From the NCBI GenBank assembly GCA_964527555.1, contig CAZGOG010000005.1, positions 5,863-69,862 of the forward strand: a DNA stretch of 64,000 bases. Direction: 5' to 3'. Under the pieces are notes generated by a model that saw only the letters and a program-made list of their open reading frames with translations, was not told the origin of the DNA and ran no database searches. The DNA comes from an uncultured Planctomycetia bacterium (GTDB lineage: Bacteria > Omnitrophota > Gorgyraeia > Tantalellales > Tantalellaceae). Shown here one piece after another: positions 48,746 to 57,390 of this stretch. Made by a program: the position numbers and the translations under genes. How positions within the stretch are numbered: the first letter of the stretch is position 1; each line of letters starts with the position of its first letter.

Positions 48746-49765
48746 ATGACCATGGAAAAGAGATTTATTTCCGATCTAAAAGTTAATGAGAAAATAGACA
48801 CGATTTTTATATTGAGAAAAAAGAACCTCAAGCTTACCAAATACGATAAGCCGTACCTGGAGATGTCTTTCCAGGATAAGACGGGGAAGATCGAGGGGCG
48901 CCTCTGGGATGATGCCGATAAGTTCAACGAGGCGGCTGAAACCGGCGAGGCCGTGAGGGTGAAAGGGGTAGTCGATAAGTACCGTGACGAAAAACAGCTT
49001 AAAGTCGATTCCATAGCCAAGGCCGATGAACGCAGTTTCAAGTATGAGGATATGGTCCGCGTTGCGGAGAATAGAGACGGGATCTACCGGGACATCATCA
49101 AGTATTTAGAGGAAACAAAAAATCCCTGGCTGCGCAAATTGGCGGAGGAGTTTACCGGAGACGGAAGTCTCATGGCTCTCTTTAAAGACGGGTTGGGGGG
49201 CAAGGCATGGCATAATGCTTATATAGGCGGGCTTATGGAGCACACATATGAAGTCATGTATATAGTGAGAGAGATGTGCAAACTTTACCCTATGGCGGAT
49301 AAGGATATTGCCGTTATGGGCGCATTTATACATGATATAGGCAAGGTGTTCGAGTTGGATCCGAAGAAGCTGGAATATACAATCGATGGGGGCTTGCTCG
49401 GCCATATCGCTATAGGGCACAAGATCTTCATGAAGAAAATCGACAGCATACCGGACTTTCCCGGGGATCTCAGCCTGCGGCTTGAACACATTGTTCTTAG
49501 CCATCACGGCGAGTATGAGCAGCAATCCCCGGTTCTTCCCAAGACACTTGAAGCTACTATCGTGTACCAGGTTGATGAACTGGTCTCCCAGGCGAATGCG
49601 ATCAAAGAGATTCAGATATCGCAGAGGGAAGAGGGTAAAATCTGGAGTGATTTCGTCTCGATCAAGAACAGAAAATATTATATTAAAAGCGCTGAGGATG
49701 AAGACTGGATGCGTGAAGTTTCCGGTGATGAGGAGAAGACTAAAAAGGACGATTTATTCGCCTGA
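48746..49765 (+). CDS. yhaM: 3'-5' exoribonuclease YhaM (OB-fold plus HD)
   Basis: KPYL...DKTG.I OB fold; GGLMEHT, HDIGK, GHI, SHHG. Confidence 0.88.
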   Translation: MTMEKRFISDLKVNEKIDTIFILRKKNLKLTKYDKPYLEMSFQDKTGKIEGRLWDDADKFNEAAETGEAVRVKGVVDKYRDEKQLKVDSIAKADERSFKYEDMVRVAENRDGIYRDIIKYLEETKNPWLRKLAEEFTGDGSLMALFKDGLGGKAWHNAYIGGLMEHTYEVMYIVREMCKLYPMADKDIAVMGAFIHDIGKVFELDPKKLEYTIDGGLLGHIAIGHKIFMKKIDSIPDFPGDLSLRLEHIVLSHHGEYEQQSPVLPKTLEATIVYQVDELVSQANAIKEIQISQREEGKIWSDFVSIKNRKYYIKSAEDEDWMREVSGDEEKTKKDDLFA

Positions 49766-50133
49766 TGAGACGGGAAGAATTTGAAAAACTTGTTACAGAA
49801 GCTCTCGAAAACCTGCCCCGCCTTTTCAAGGACAGCCTTGAAAACGTGGACGTCGTCATAGAGGATGAACCCTCGCCGGAATACCGGAAGTCTCTTGATG
49901 TAAGTCACAGGCAGCTGGTGCTGGGACTTTACCAGGGTGTGCCCCTGGCCAGAAGAAGCCATTATTACGGCATGGTGCTACCCGACAAGATCTCTATCTT
50001 TCAGAAAAACATTGAAAGGATATGCAGGACGGATGAGGAAATCATCCGCCTTGTTACACATACCATCCAGCATGAACTTGCGCATCATTTTGGGATCTCG
50101 GATAAAAGATTAAGGGATCTGGGGATATACTAA
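49765..50133 (+). CDS. Zincin-like metallopeptidase family protein
   Basis: LGLYQGVPL, PDKISIF, HELAHHFG. Confidence 0.88.
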   Translation: MRREEFEKLVTEALENLPRLFKDSLENVDVVIEDEPSPEYRKSLDVSHRQLVLGLYQGVPLARRSHYYGMVLPDKISIFQKNIERICRTDEEIIRLVTHTIQHELAHHFGISDKRLRDLGIY

Positions 50134-50140
50134 AAGCGTA

Positions 50141-51019
50141 TTAGCTTCGCGTATTCTCGGGGGGATAGACAGTCACATTGTCGATATAGACAGGTCCTGA
50201 GTAGATCATGTTTTTTTCCGCTTCGATCCTTACCGCTATCTTACGCACGTCCGACTTGAATTTTTTATCTACTTTAGTTTTCTTCCAGTCGATACTACCC
50301 TCAGAGATGTTTGCTATTATGGTTGTCCATTCTCCCGGTTTTAGACGGATACTGCGTGACATCTCGACAAACTCCCAGCTATCGCCTGTAGAAAGTATAA
50401 TTTTGCCCCTGAGGCCTTCCGGGCATCCGGGGGGAAGGTAGACGTCTACGGTTATTGCAGCGTATTCATTGAGGTCCAGGTACTGCTGGATCTCGATAAG
50501 TGCCGCTTTCCAGTTTTCTCCCGAAAAATCCGTGTAAAGTTCCAGGCTTCCGCTACCCTTGCTGGCGAAATTACCGCACTTTTGCAGGGAACTGGCCGCA
50601 TAATCTTTTTCGTCAAATTCCCATGCCGGTATCTCCCAGCCCTCGGTGCCATTTTCAAAATCGTAAAGGTTTTTCCCGCTGGAAAGATCGGGCTGCTGCG
50701 GGGTTATATCAAGGTCGTACTTTCCGGTGGCAGCTATTTCCTTAGGAGCGGTTTCTTTGGGGCTTTTGAGCTGGGTTTGAGTACGGCTTTCCTTCCCGCG
50801 GGGTTCTACGTCGACATTTATAGAAAAAGTCACGCGGTTGCGGGTGAAGAAATACACCCCAAGGCAAATCAGGCAGACAAGAACGGCAAGGGATATGAGG
50901 ATAAGCCTGATCCGCGCGGCTTTGAGGCTTGAACTAGGGCGCTTTTTTCTCTTGCCGGAAGCAAAATACGTTTTTGAAAGTTCAAGATCTATCCTGTCGG
51001 GTGTTCTGTTTTTATCCAT
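50141..51019 (-). CDS. Single-pass membrane protein with C-terminal beta-jelly-roll carbohydrate-binding-like domain
   Basis: Basic N-tail, TM, linker, then YDFENGTEGW...GSGSL...DLNEY..I..DVYLP...GEWTT...YIDNV pattern typical of galactose-binding-like CBMs. Confidence 0.7.
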   Translation of the reverse strand: MDKNRTPDRIDLELSKTYFASGKRKKRPSSSLKAARIRLILISLAVLVCLICLGVYFFTRNRVTFSINVDVEPRGKESRTQTQLKSPKETAPKEIAATGKYDLDITPQQPDLSSGKNLYDFENGTEGWEIPAWEFDEKDYAASSLQKCGNFASKGSGSLELYTDFSGENWKAALIEIQQYLDLNEYAAITVDVYLPPGCPEGLRGKIILSTGDSWEFVEMSRSIRLKPGEWTTIIANISEGSIDWKKTKVDKKFKSDVRKIAVRIEAEKNMIYSGPVYIDNVTVYPPENTRS

Positions 51020-51258
51020 AATATGCAGAAATGAAGGTGACCTCGTCTATACATGACCGGATGCAGCTTGATTGGCGAAACGGGATCATTCTATCACAAT
51101 TGCTATTTTATATGCATAAAAAAATGATGATTATGGGAAAAGATATTTTCGCTTTATCTATTTACAGATAATATCCGATATGCTATACTTCTAACCAAAT
51201 AGCACAACATGTATGTATTATTAGTTTTACAACCACAAAATACATGGGGGAGTGAGAG

Positions 51259-52302
51259 ATGAAAATCATTTCGATTTCGAACCAAAAAGGCGGTTGCGGG
51301 AAAACGACACTAGCGGTAAATGTTGCGGCAGCACTTGCAAAAATGGGAGGCCAGACGCTTCTCATCGACATGGATCCTCAGGCGCATGCGACCTTCGCTC
51401 TGGGGTATAATAAAAAGCCCTCCGGTATAAAAACCTCATATGATATTTTTCGCGCTCACTTCGATAATACTAAAATACCTTTTGACGATATACTAATTTC
51501 TGACAGAGAAAAACTTTCTTTTATACCCGCCAATATGATGCTTTCGGCGGCGGAGATAAACCTGGGCGGAGTTAATGGCGCGGCGTCGATACTTTCCCGT
51601 ACTTTATCCGACACTTTTTTTGATAAATTCGAATATGTGATCATTGACTCTCCCCCGAGTTTCGGGTTTCTCACGCTGAATTCCATGTATGCCGCCACTA
51701 TGATTCTTGTGCCTATGGATTTGAGTTATTTTTCGTTTAACGGCATAAACAGCGTATATAGGGTGGCCAGCCTTCTAAACGCGGAGGCGGGCAGAAACCC
51801 CTCGATCTACTTTACCATGAACATATATGATCAGCGGTCGAATTTCGCAAAGCAGCTTAACATCGACGCGAAGACTAAACTGGGCCCGTATCTGCTTCCT
51901 ACTGTGATACGTTCAAGCGTGCGTTTAAGGGAAGCTGCCAAAGTAGGCAAAACCATATTTGAATATGACCCCAAATGTTCAGCCGCTTTGGATTTTTATA
52001 ATCTTACCAGTGAGATTCTTACGGTTGACAGCAAAGAGGTAGACGCATCTATTAAAGAGTTTGTACTTCATGCTCCCGAAGCCGGGTCTGTATACATCCT
52101 TGGGGATTTCAATAACTGGAAGAAATCAGAGGCCAACCGGCTCACTAAACTCGAAAATGGGCACTGGTCAGCGCACTTCACCCTCGATAAGGGAAACTAC
52201 CGTTATAAATTTTTAGTCGATGACGAGTGGATCCCCGATCCGGAAAACCCCGAGACCCAGGTAAACGATTTCGGCACGATCGATTCCATCCTGAAGATAT
52301 AA
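51259..52302 (+). CDS. ParA/Soj-family ATPase fused to C-terminal CBM48 (AMPK-beta-like glycogen-binding) domain
   Basis: KGGCGKTT deviant Walker A, IDMDPQ, IDSPP; C-terminal APEA.SV...GDFNNW...YRYKFLVDDEW..DP.NP. Confidence 0.9.
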   Translation: MKIISISNQKGGCGKTTLAVNVAAALAKMGGQTLLIDMDPQAHATFALGYNKKPSGIKTSYDIFRAHFDNTKIPFDDILISDREKLSFIPANMMLSAAEINLGGVNGAASILSRTLSDTFFDKFEYVIIDSPPSFGFLTLNSMYAATMILVPMDLSYFSFNGINSVYRVASLLNAEAGRNPSIYFTMNIYDQRSNFAKQLNIDAKTKLGPYLLPTVIRSSVRLREAAKVGKTIFEYDPKCSAALDFYNLTSEILTVDSKEVDASIKEFVLHAPEAGSVYILGDFNNWKKSEANRLTKLENGHWSAHFTLDKGNYRYKFLVDDEWIPDPENPETQVNDFGTIDSILKI

Positions 52303-52490
52303 TCATGCTTTGGTAGGACTCTTGGCGAGGGGGAAGAAGGGTTTATTTCGTCTTCAGAGAGCCGGCTCTCCTTACGGAACATCCTTTTACAAAAAATTCT
52401 TGAACTAATTATTAAAATATTGTTTAATACCATTTCAGTGTAGATATATATATAACGCAGAAAACAATCAAGCGAAGAAAGGGAAAAGTC

Positions 52491-53438
52491 ATGTCACAGC
52501 CCATCGTTTACCCGAAGAAGAAAGAAAATATCGCGGTGCGTTATCCCAAAAACCCCATCCTTACGAAGGACGATGTACCCGCCGCAGCAAAAGGCGTGTA
52601 TAACTCGGGTTGCATAAAAATTGCTGACGGCCAGTATGTAATGCTCTGCCGCGTCGAGACGCCGTCGATGAAACAGCTGATATGGCCGGCAGACTCGAAA
52701 GACGGCATAAAGTTTGTCCTGCGCCCCGAGCCCATAAGGATGCCGGATGACGATAATTTTAAAGAGTATACGACCGGCATGTACTATGATCCGCGCGTAA
52801 CCGAGATAGAAGGGAAGTATTATACGGTATTCGCCTGCCATAGCGGTCATTCATGCCGTCTGGGGCTCCTGGAGTCGGCGGACATGAAAGAGTTCAAATG
52901 GCGGGGATTTATTTCCGAGACGGATAACCGTAACGGCGTTCTTTTTCCCGAGAAAATAGGGGGTTTCTATTGCCGCCTGGATAGACCCAATACCGGAGAC
53001 GGTAAAGCGTACATGTGGGTTTCTTATTCGCCTGATCTTATCCACTGGGGGCAGGCCAAAGCCGTGGCGCATGCACAGGATGAATGGGGATGGAAAAAGA
53101 ACGGATCCGGGGCGGTCCCCATAAAGACAGATAAAGGGTGGCTGGTTATTTATCATGCCGTTAATGTCCAGTGTGCCGCGCAGTATGTATACCACATAGG
53201 CGTCATGCTTCTTGACCTCAGGGATCCGTCCAGGATAGTCGCAAGGTCAAAGGCCCCGATACTTTCCCCGGTCATGGATTATGAACTTATGGGACTTACG
53301 TATGCTGTTGTTTTTACCTGCGGCGCTGTTTTGGAGGATAACGGCGAAGTGAAGATATATTACGGCGGGGCCGACACCGTCCAGTGCCTGGCGACCGCAA
53401 AACTTGAAGACCTTGTTGATGCGTGTTTTAACCGGTAG
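52491..53438 (+). CDS. GH130 glycoside phosphorylase/hydrolase (beta-mannoside-active family)
   Basis: NPIL, YNSG, YDPRV, NRNGVLFPEKI, SPDLIHW, VVFTCG, IYYGGAD. Confidence 0.9.
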   Translation: MSQPIVYPKKKENIAVRYPKNPILTKDDVPAAAKGVYNSGCIKIADGQYVMLCRVETPSMKQLIWPADSKDGIKFVLRPEPIRMPDDDNFKEYTTGMYYDPRVTEIEGKYYTVFACHSGHSCRLGLLESADMKEFKWRGFISETDNRNGVLFPEKIGGFYCRLDRPNTGDGKAYMWVSYSPDLIHWGQAKAVAHAQDEWGWKKNGSGAVPIKTDKGWLVIYHAVNVQCAAQYVYHIGVMLLDLRDPSRIVARSKAPILSPVMDYELMGLTYAVVFTCGAVLEDNGEVKIYYGGADTVQCLATAKLEDLVDACFNR

Positions 53439-53466
53439 AGACGATAAAATTTAATTTTCCGAAAAT

Positions 53467-53886
53467 ATGGCGATTTTTAAGGTAACAGCTCTTAAAGAGA
53501 AAGCGCTTAAGGAGCGAATGCGCCGTTTCGGCGTGAAAGAGAAGGATTTAAAAGAGCGTTTCATAAGGTCGAGCGGCCGGGGCGGGCAGAACGTCAACAA
53601 GGTTTCCACGTGCGTGTATTTAAAACATATCCCCAGCGGGATAGAGGTCAAATGCGCCAGAGAGCGTTCCCAGGCCATGAACCGGTTCCTGGCAAGGCGC
53701 ATACTGGTCGGTAAAATAGAAGAGGCGATACTCGGCCGGGCCTCGGAGGAAAGAAAGCGGATAGAGAAGATCCGCCGCCAGAAACGCAAAAGATCGAAAC
53801 GCGCGAAAGAAAAGATGCTGGCTGATAAGAAGAAGAAATCGGAGAAGAAAAAACTGCGCAAGACGCCTTGGGACGGAAATCATTAA
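53467..53886 (+). CDS. arfB: ArfB-like alternative ribosome-rescue peptidyl-tRNA hydrolase
   Basis: F.RSSG.GGQNVNKV, RSQ..NR, basic C-terminal tail. Confidence 0.8.
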   Translation: MAIFKVTALKEKALKERMRRFGVKEKDLKERFIRSSGRGGQNVNKVSTCVYLKHIPSGIEVKCARERSQAMNRFLARRILVGKIEEAILGRASEERKRIEKIRRQKRKRSKRAKEKMLADKKKKSEKKKLRKTPWDGNH

Positions 53887-53896
53887 TACCTGAAAG

Positions 53897-54142
53897 ATGA
53901 AGAAACTAAAACTGGACCTTCACGATATATATAACAAACACGGCAAGATCGAAAACGCTCTTAGGGATATACTCAGCGAGGCACGCGCCAAACGCGTCAA
54001 GATAGTCGAGATCATTCCTGGCAAGGGTTCCGGAGCGCTTAAAAAAAAGGTGCTAAAATTCCTGGAGAGGAACCGGGACCTGTATGACAGGGTCGATAAG
54101 GATTCAAAAAACTGGGGAAGACTTTTTGTGCGTTTCAAATAG
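53897..54142 (+). CDS. Stand-alone Smr domain protein
   Basis: LDLH and IIPGKGSG (DxH/GxG) motifs, NWG; 81 aa. Confidence 0.88.
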   Translation: MKKLKLDLHDIYNKHGKIENALRDILSEARAKRVKIVEIIPGKGSGALKKKVLKFLERNRDLYDRVDKDSKNWGRLFVRFK

Positions 54143-54155
54143 GGCATGGTGATTC

Positions 54156-55718
54156 ATGGCCAGGAAAATAAGAGACACATGGGGTTCGCGTCTTGGTGTT
54201 ATCATGGCGGTTGCGGGTTCAGCTGTAGGACTGGGGAACTTCCTGCGCTTTCCCGTGCAAGCCGCTAAAAACGGCGGCGGCGCGTTCATGATACCGTACT
54301 TTATCGCGCTCCTTTTGGTCGGTGTGCCCCTTATGTGGGTCGAATGGGCCATAGGCCGTTACGGCGGAGGGTTCGAGCATTCTACAGCCCCCGGGGTTTT
54401 TCATAGCTTGTGGGAGAAGAACCGTTTTATAAAATATTTCGGTGTGATAGGCATATTCGGTCCGATGGTCATCATGATCTATTACACCTATATCGAATCG
54501 TGGACGCTGGCCTATAGTTTTTTCGCTTTGGTCCAGAAATATTCCGGTATCCTTGACCAGGCATCGATGCAGGCTTTTTTAAGGGGTTTTCAGGGGCTTG
54601 AAAGAAACGCGTATTTCTCGAGCATGGCCCCGGCGTATATCTTTTTCCTGATAACTTTTATCATCAACATGGTAGTGCTCCATTACGGGATAAGGGGAGG
54701 CATAGAACGATTCTGCCGGATCGCGATACCCACGCTGTTCGTTTTTGCTGTTATCTTGGCCGTCAGGGTGCTTACGCTGGGGGTACCCGATGCCGCAAAG
54801 CCGGATTGGAACGTCTTGAACGGACTCGGCTACCTCTGGAACCCGGACTTTTCGTTTCTTAAAAGCGCAAAAGTATGGCTGGCGGCTACCGGCCAGATAT
54901 TCTTCACCCTAAGTGTAGGCATCGGTGTGATACTGACGTATGCCAGTTACCTTAAGAAAGGTGATGACGTAGCGCTTTCCGGGCTTACCGCGGTAAGCAT
55001 GAACGAACTGGCGGAGGTAGTCCTGGGCGCCAGCATCATAATACCCGCAGCGTTTGTTTTCTTCGGCCCCGTGGCGATAAGCGGCATTGCCAATTCCGGG
55101 GCGTTCAATCTGGGTTTTGTCACAATGCCACTTATTCTCGGACGCATGCCCATGCCTGAGGTCTTCGGATTTCTATGGTTCGCTCTTCTATTCCTTGCCG
55201 GCGTAACATCTTCGGTGTCGCTGGCGCAGCCGGCGATTGCCTTTCTGGAAGACGAGTTTAACATCTCTCGCAAGAAGTCAGTCATGATATTCGGGGCTAT
55301 TACTTTCGTTCTTTGTAATGCGGCGATATTCTTCCTTGGCAAGGGGGTCGTTGACGAACTTGATTTTTGGGGAGGCACGTTTTGTCTCGTGCTTTTCGCG
55401 ACGGTGGAAGTGATCCTTTTCGGCTGGATCTTCGGGATAAATAAAGCCTGGGAAGAAGTGCATCACGGAGCGGATATGCGCCTGCCCGGTGTTTATAAAT
55501 ACATAATAAAATACGTGACACCGATATTTCTTCTCGTAGTGCTTACCGCGTGGTTTTTCCAGGAGTGGCTTCCGATTATACGGATGGATAATGTGACAGA
55601 TGCCAACCGGCCCTATATACTTGCGACAAGAGTAGGGCTCTGGCTTCTTTTTATCGCGTTGGCGGTTCTTGTGAGACTTGCCTGGAGGAAAAGCGAGAGG
55701 GGAGGCGGAGGAAAATGA
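54156..55718 (+). CDS. Sodium-dependent NSS (LeuT-like) transporter
   Basis: AVGLGNFLRFP, GGGAFMIPY, GQIFFTLS, AGVTSSVS. Confidence 0.95.
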   Translation: MARKIRDTWGSRLGVIMAVAGSAVGLGNFLRFPVQAAKNGGGAFMIPYFIALLLVGVPLMWVEWAIGRYGGGFEHSTAPGVFHSLWEKNRFIKYFGVIGIFGPMVIMIYYTYIESWTLAYSFFALVQKYSGILDQASMQAFLRGFQGLERNAYFSSMAPAYIFFLITFIINMVVLHYGIRGGIERFCRIAIPTLFVFAVILAVRVLTLGVPDAAKPDWNVLNGLGYLWNPDFSFLKSAKVWLAATGQIFFTLSVGIGVILTYASYLKKGDDVALSGLTAVSMNELAEVVLGASIIIPAAFVFFGPVAISGIANSGAFNLGFVTMPLILGRMPMPEVFGFLWFALLFLAGVTSSVSLAQPAIAFLEDEFNISRKKSVMIFGAITFVLCNAAIFFLGKGVVDELDFWGGTFCLVLFATVEVILFGWIFGINKAWEEVHHGADMRLPGVYKYIIKYVTPIFLLVVLTAWFFQEWLPIIRMDNVTDANRPYILATRVGLWLLFIALAVLVRLAWRKSERGGGGK

Positions 55719-55819
55719 CATTGCTGGGGTGGCTCTTTATTTCCGTTTCCTGGGCGCTTATACTGGGGCTTGTAATTTTCTGTTTTAGAAAAATTTTCGG
55801 GAAAAAAGAACTTGATTAG
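55715..55819 (+). CDS. 34-aa single-TM peptide, probable MetS-like small subunit of the NSS transporter
   Basis: ATGA overlap with transporter stop, GGAGG RBS; MTLLGWLFISVSWALILGLVIFCFRKIFGKKELD. Confidence 0.75.
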   Translation: MTLLGWLFISVSWALILGLVIFCFRKIFGKKELD

Positions 55820-55980
55820 ATTCTGCCCCCTCCAGACGCATCTTTTTATCGCCGCAAAAAACCGGGAAACAGATATATTTTGCATTTTATCCCGATTTGA
55901 TATATATTAGCATAGTATAGTTATAAATATAATACCCTGCACTTTGTAATTGAGTATTCGCGCAAAACAAGGAGGCGCAA

Positions 55981-56214
55981 ATGGAAAAAGACGTAGCTGT
56001 ATTTGCAAAGAACAAGTATCAGGACGTGAAAATACGCTTGTCCGAATACCAGGGGAATGATGTAATTGACATCAGGATCTGGACGCAGCCGCCGCAGGGT
56101 GACGAAAAAGTTCCTACGGGAAAGGGAGTCAATATAAATGTGAGGCTCTTCCCGGAACTTAAGGCGGCGATTGAAAAACTTGAGCGTGAGCTTAAAGAAG
56201 CGAATATGCTCTAG
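55981..56214 (+). CDS. PC4/YdbC-like ssDNA-binding protein
   Basis: SEYQG...IDIR.W...PTGKGV; AAGGAGG RBS. Confidence 0.85.
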   Translation: MEKDVAVFAKNKYQDVKIRLSEYQGNDVIDIRIWTQPPQGDEKVPTGKGVNINVRLFPELKAAIEKLERELKEANML

Positions 56215-56292
56215 TTTTGAGGCAAACGTATTCTTATCAAAGAATACCAGGAAGACATAAATCCTGAGATATATTTTAACCAGAGGGATCAA

Positions 56293-56730
56293 ATGCCGCA
56301 TCACGAAAGACGACGTTATATCCGACATCTCTTAGTTAACCCGCTTGAGTTTCAGATCGCCGATAAAGAAGATTTTGAGAAGACCGAGACGGTTGATGTA
56401 AGTGAAGGGGGCCTCATGTTCATGTCTAAGCGGCGCGTCTCACCCGGGACAGTTATAAGGCTTCAGATGCCGCTATATGACAAGATCTTCAAGATAAAAG
56501 CAGCAGTCGTACATGCCACAAAAGATGCAGCAACGGGTCTATATAAAATAGGCGTTTCATTTTTAAGTTACGCCGATGCCTTCAAGGTAAAGCTTATCGA
56601 ACAGATATATCTAATAGAAGAATACCGCGTTTTACGTTCCCTCCAGCTGGGCAAGGAAATGTCGCTTCAGGAAGCCTCCAAGGAATGGATAAAGAGATAT
56701 TCCGAAAGATTCCACAAACTCTACTGGTAA
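56293..56730 (+). CDS. PilZ-domain protein with C-terminal helical extension
   Basis: RRRYIR and DVSEGG c-di-GMP-binding motifs. Confidence 0.88.
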   Translation: MPHHERRRYIRHLLVNPLEFQIADKEDFEKTETVDVSEGGLMFMSKRRVSPGTVIRLQMPLYDKIFKIKAAVVHATKDAATGLYKIGVSFLSYADAFKVKLIEQIYLIEEYRVLRSLQLGKEMSLQEASKEWIKRYSERFHKLYW

Positions 56731-56863
56731 ATTGGCCTTTCCAAGCGTTTTTCTGTAAAAATTTAATTTTTTTCAATCCACAACATTATGTGCAGGTGTT
56801 TTTCCGGCAACCTATATAGTGTGTACTTTCTAAAAAGTTTTATAATGTCAAAAAACTCTTTAT

Positions 56864-56928
56864 TTGACAAAATATATATACTTGTGTATACTCTCTTGAT
56901 GTGAGTGGTATAAAGTGGAGGAAAGTGG
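56864..56928 (+). promoter_or_regulatory. dcw promoter with MraZ-binding direct repeats
   Basis: TTGACA-17-TATACT (56864-92); GTGG at 56905, 56915, 56925 (10-bp period). Confidence 0.8.
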
Positions 56929-56929
56929 A

Positions 56930-57367
56930 GTGTTTTACGGAGAATACTTACATAGCTTAGATAAGAAGAACCGTTTGATCATACCGTCGCGGTTCCGCGA
57001 TGCCATAAAGGAGATGGCAATAGAAAAACTTTATGTCACACGCGGGCTGGATGAGTGTCTTTTTATATTTGCTGAAGCCGAATGGAAGGCTCAGGAGAAC
57101 AAATTTAAAGCCATGCCTTTCACAAAGAGGGAAGTAAGGAAGTTTAAACGTATGTTCTTTTCCGGTGCCGCTGAAGCTGTTCCCGATAAGCAGTGGAGGA
57201 TACTCATCCCGGATTACCTCAAGGAATACGCCTCTCTTACAAAGAGCGTGATGATAATCGGTGTATCCAACCGTATAGAGGTCTGGGACAGGAAAAAATG
57301 GGAAGAGTTTTATAAGATCTCTAAAGAGAATTACGAAGAGATCGCCGAAGGATTGATGGAAGCCTAA
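56930..57367 (+). CDS. mraZ: Division/cell wall cluster transcriptional repressor MraZ
   Basis: MFYGEY..SLDKKNRL.IP..FR, DKQWRI.IP, IEVWD; GTG start after GGAGG. Confidence 0.95.
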   Translation: MFYGEYLHSLDKKNRLIIPSRFRDAIKEMAIEKLYVTRGLDECLFIFAEAEWKAQENKFKAMPFTKREVRKFKRMFFSGAAEAVPDKQWRILIPDYLKEYASLTKSVMIIGVSNRIEVWDRKKWEEFYKISKENYEEIAEGLMEA

Positions 57368-57390
57368 ATAGCTGGACGGAGGGACTTAAG

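Noticed and set aside
52357-52370. 14-bp palindrome GAGAGCCGGCTCTC after ParA-CBM48 as a parS-like site
   Set aside because: No resemblance to the parS consensus, single copy, no ParB nearby
56778-56824. NrdR-box-like words upstream of the mraZ promoter
   Set aside because: Loose match in AT-rich DNA; the MraZ boxes already explain regulation here
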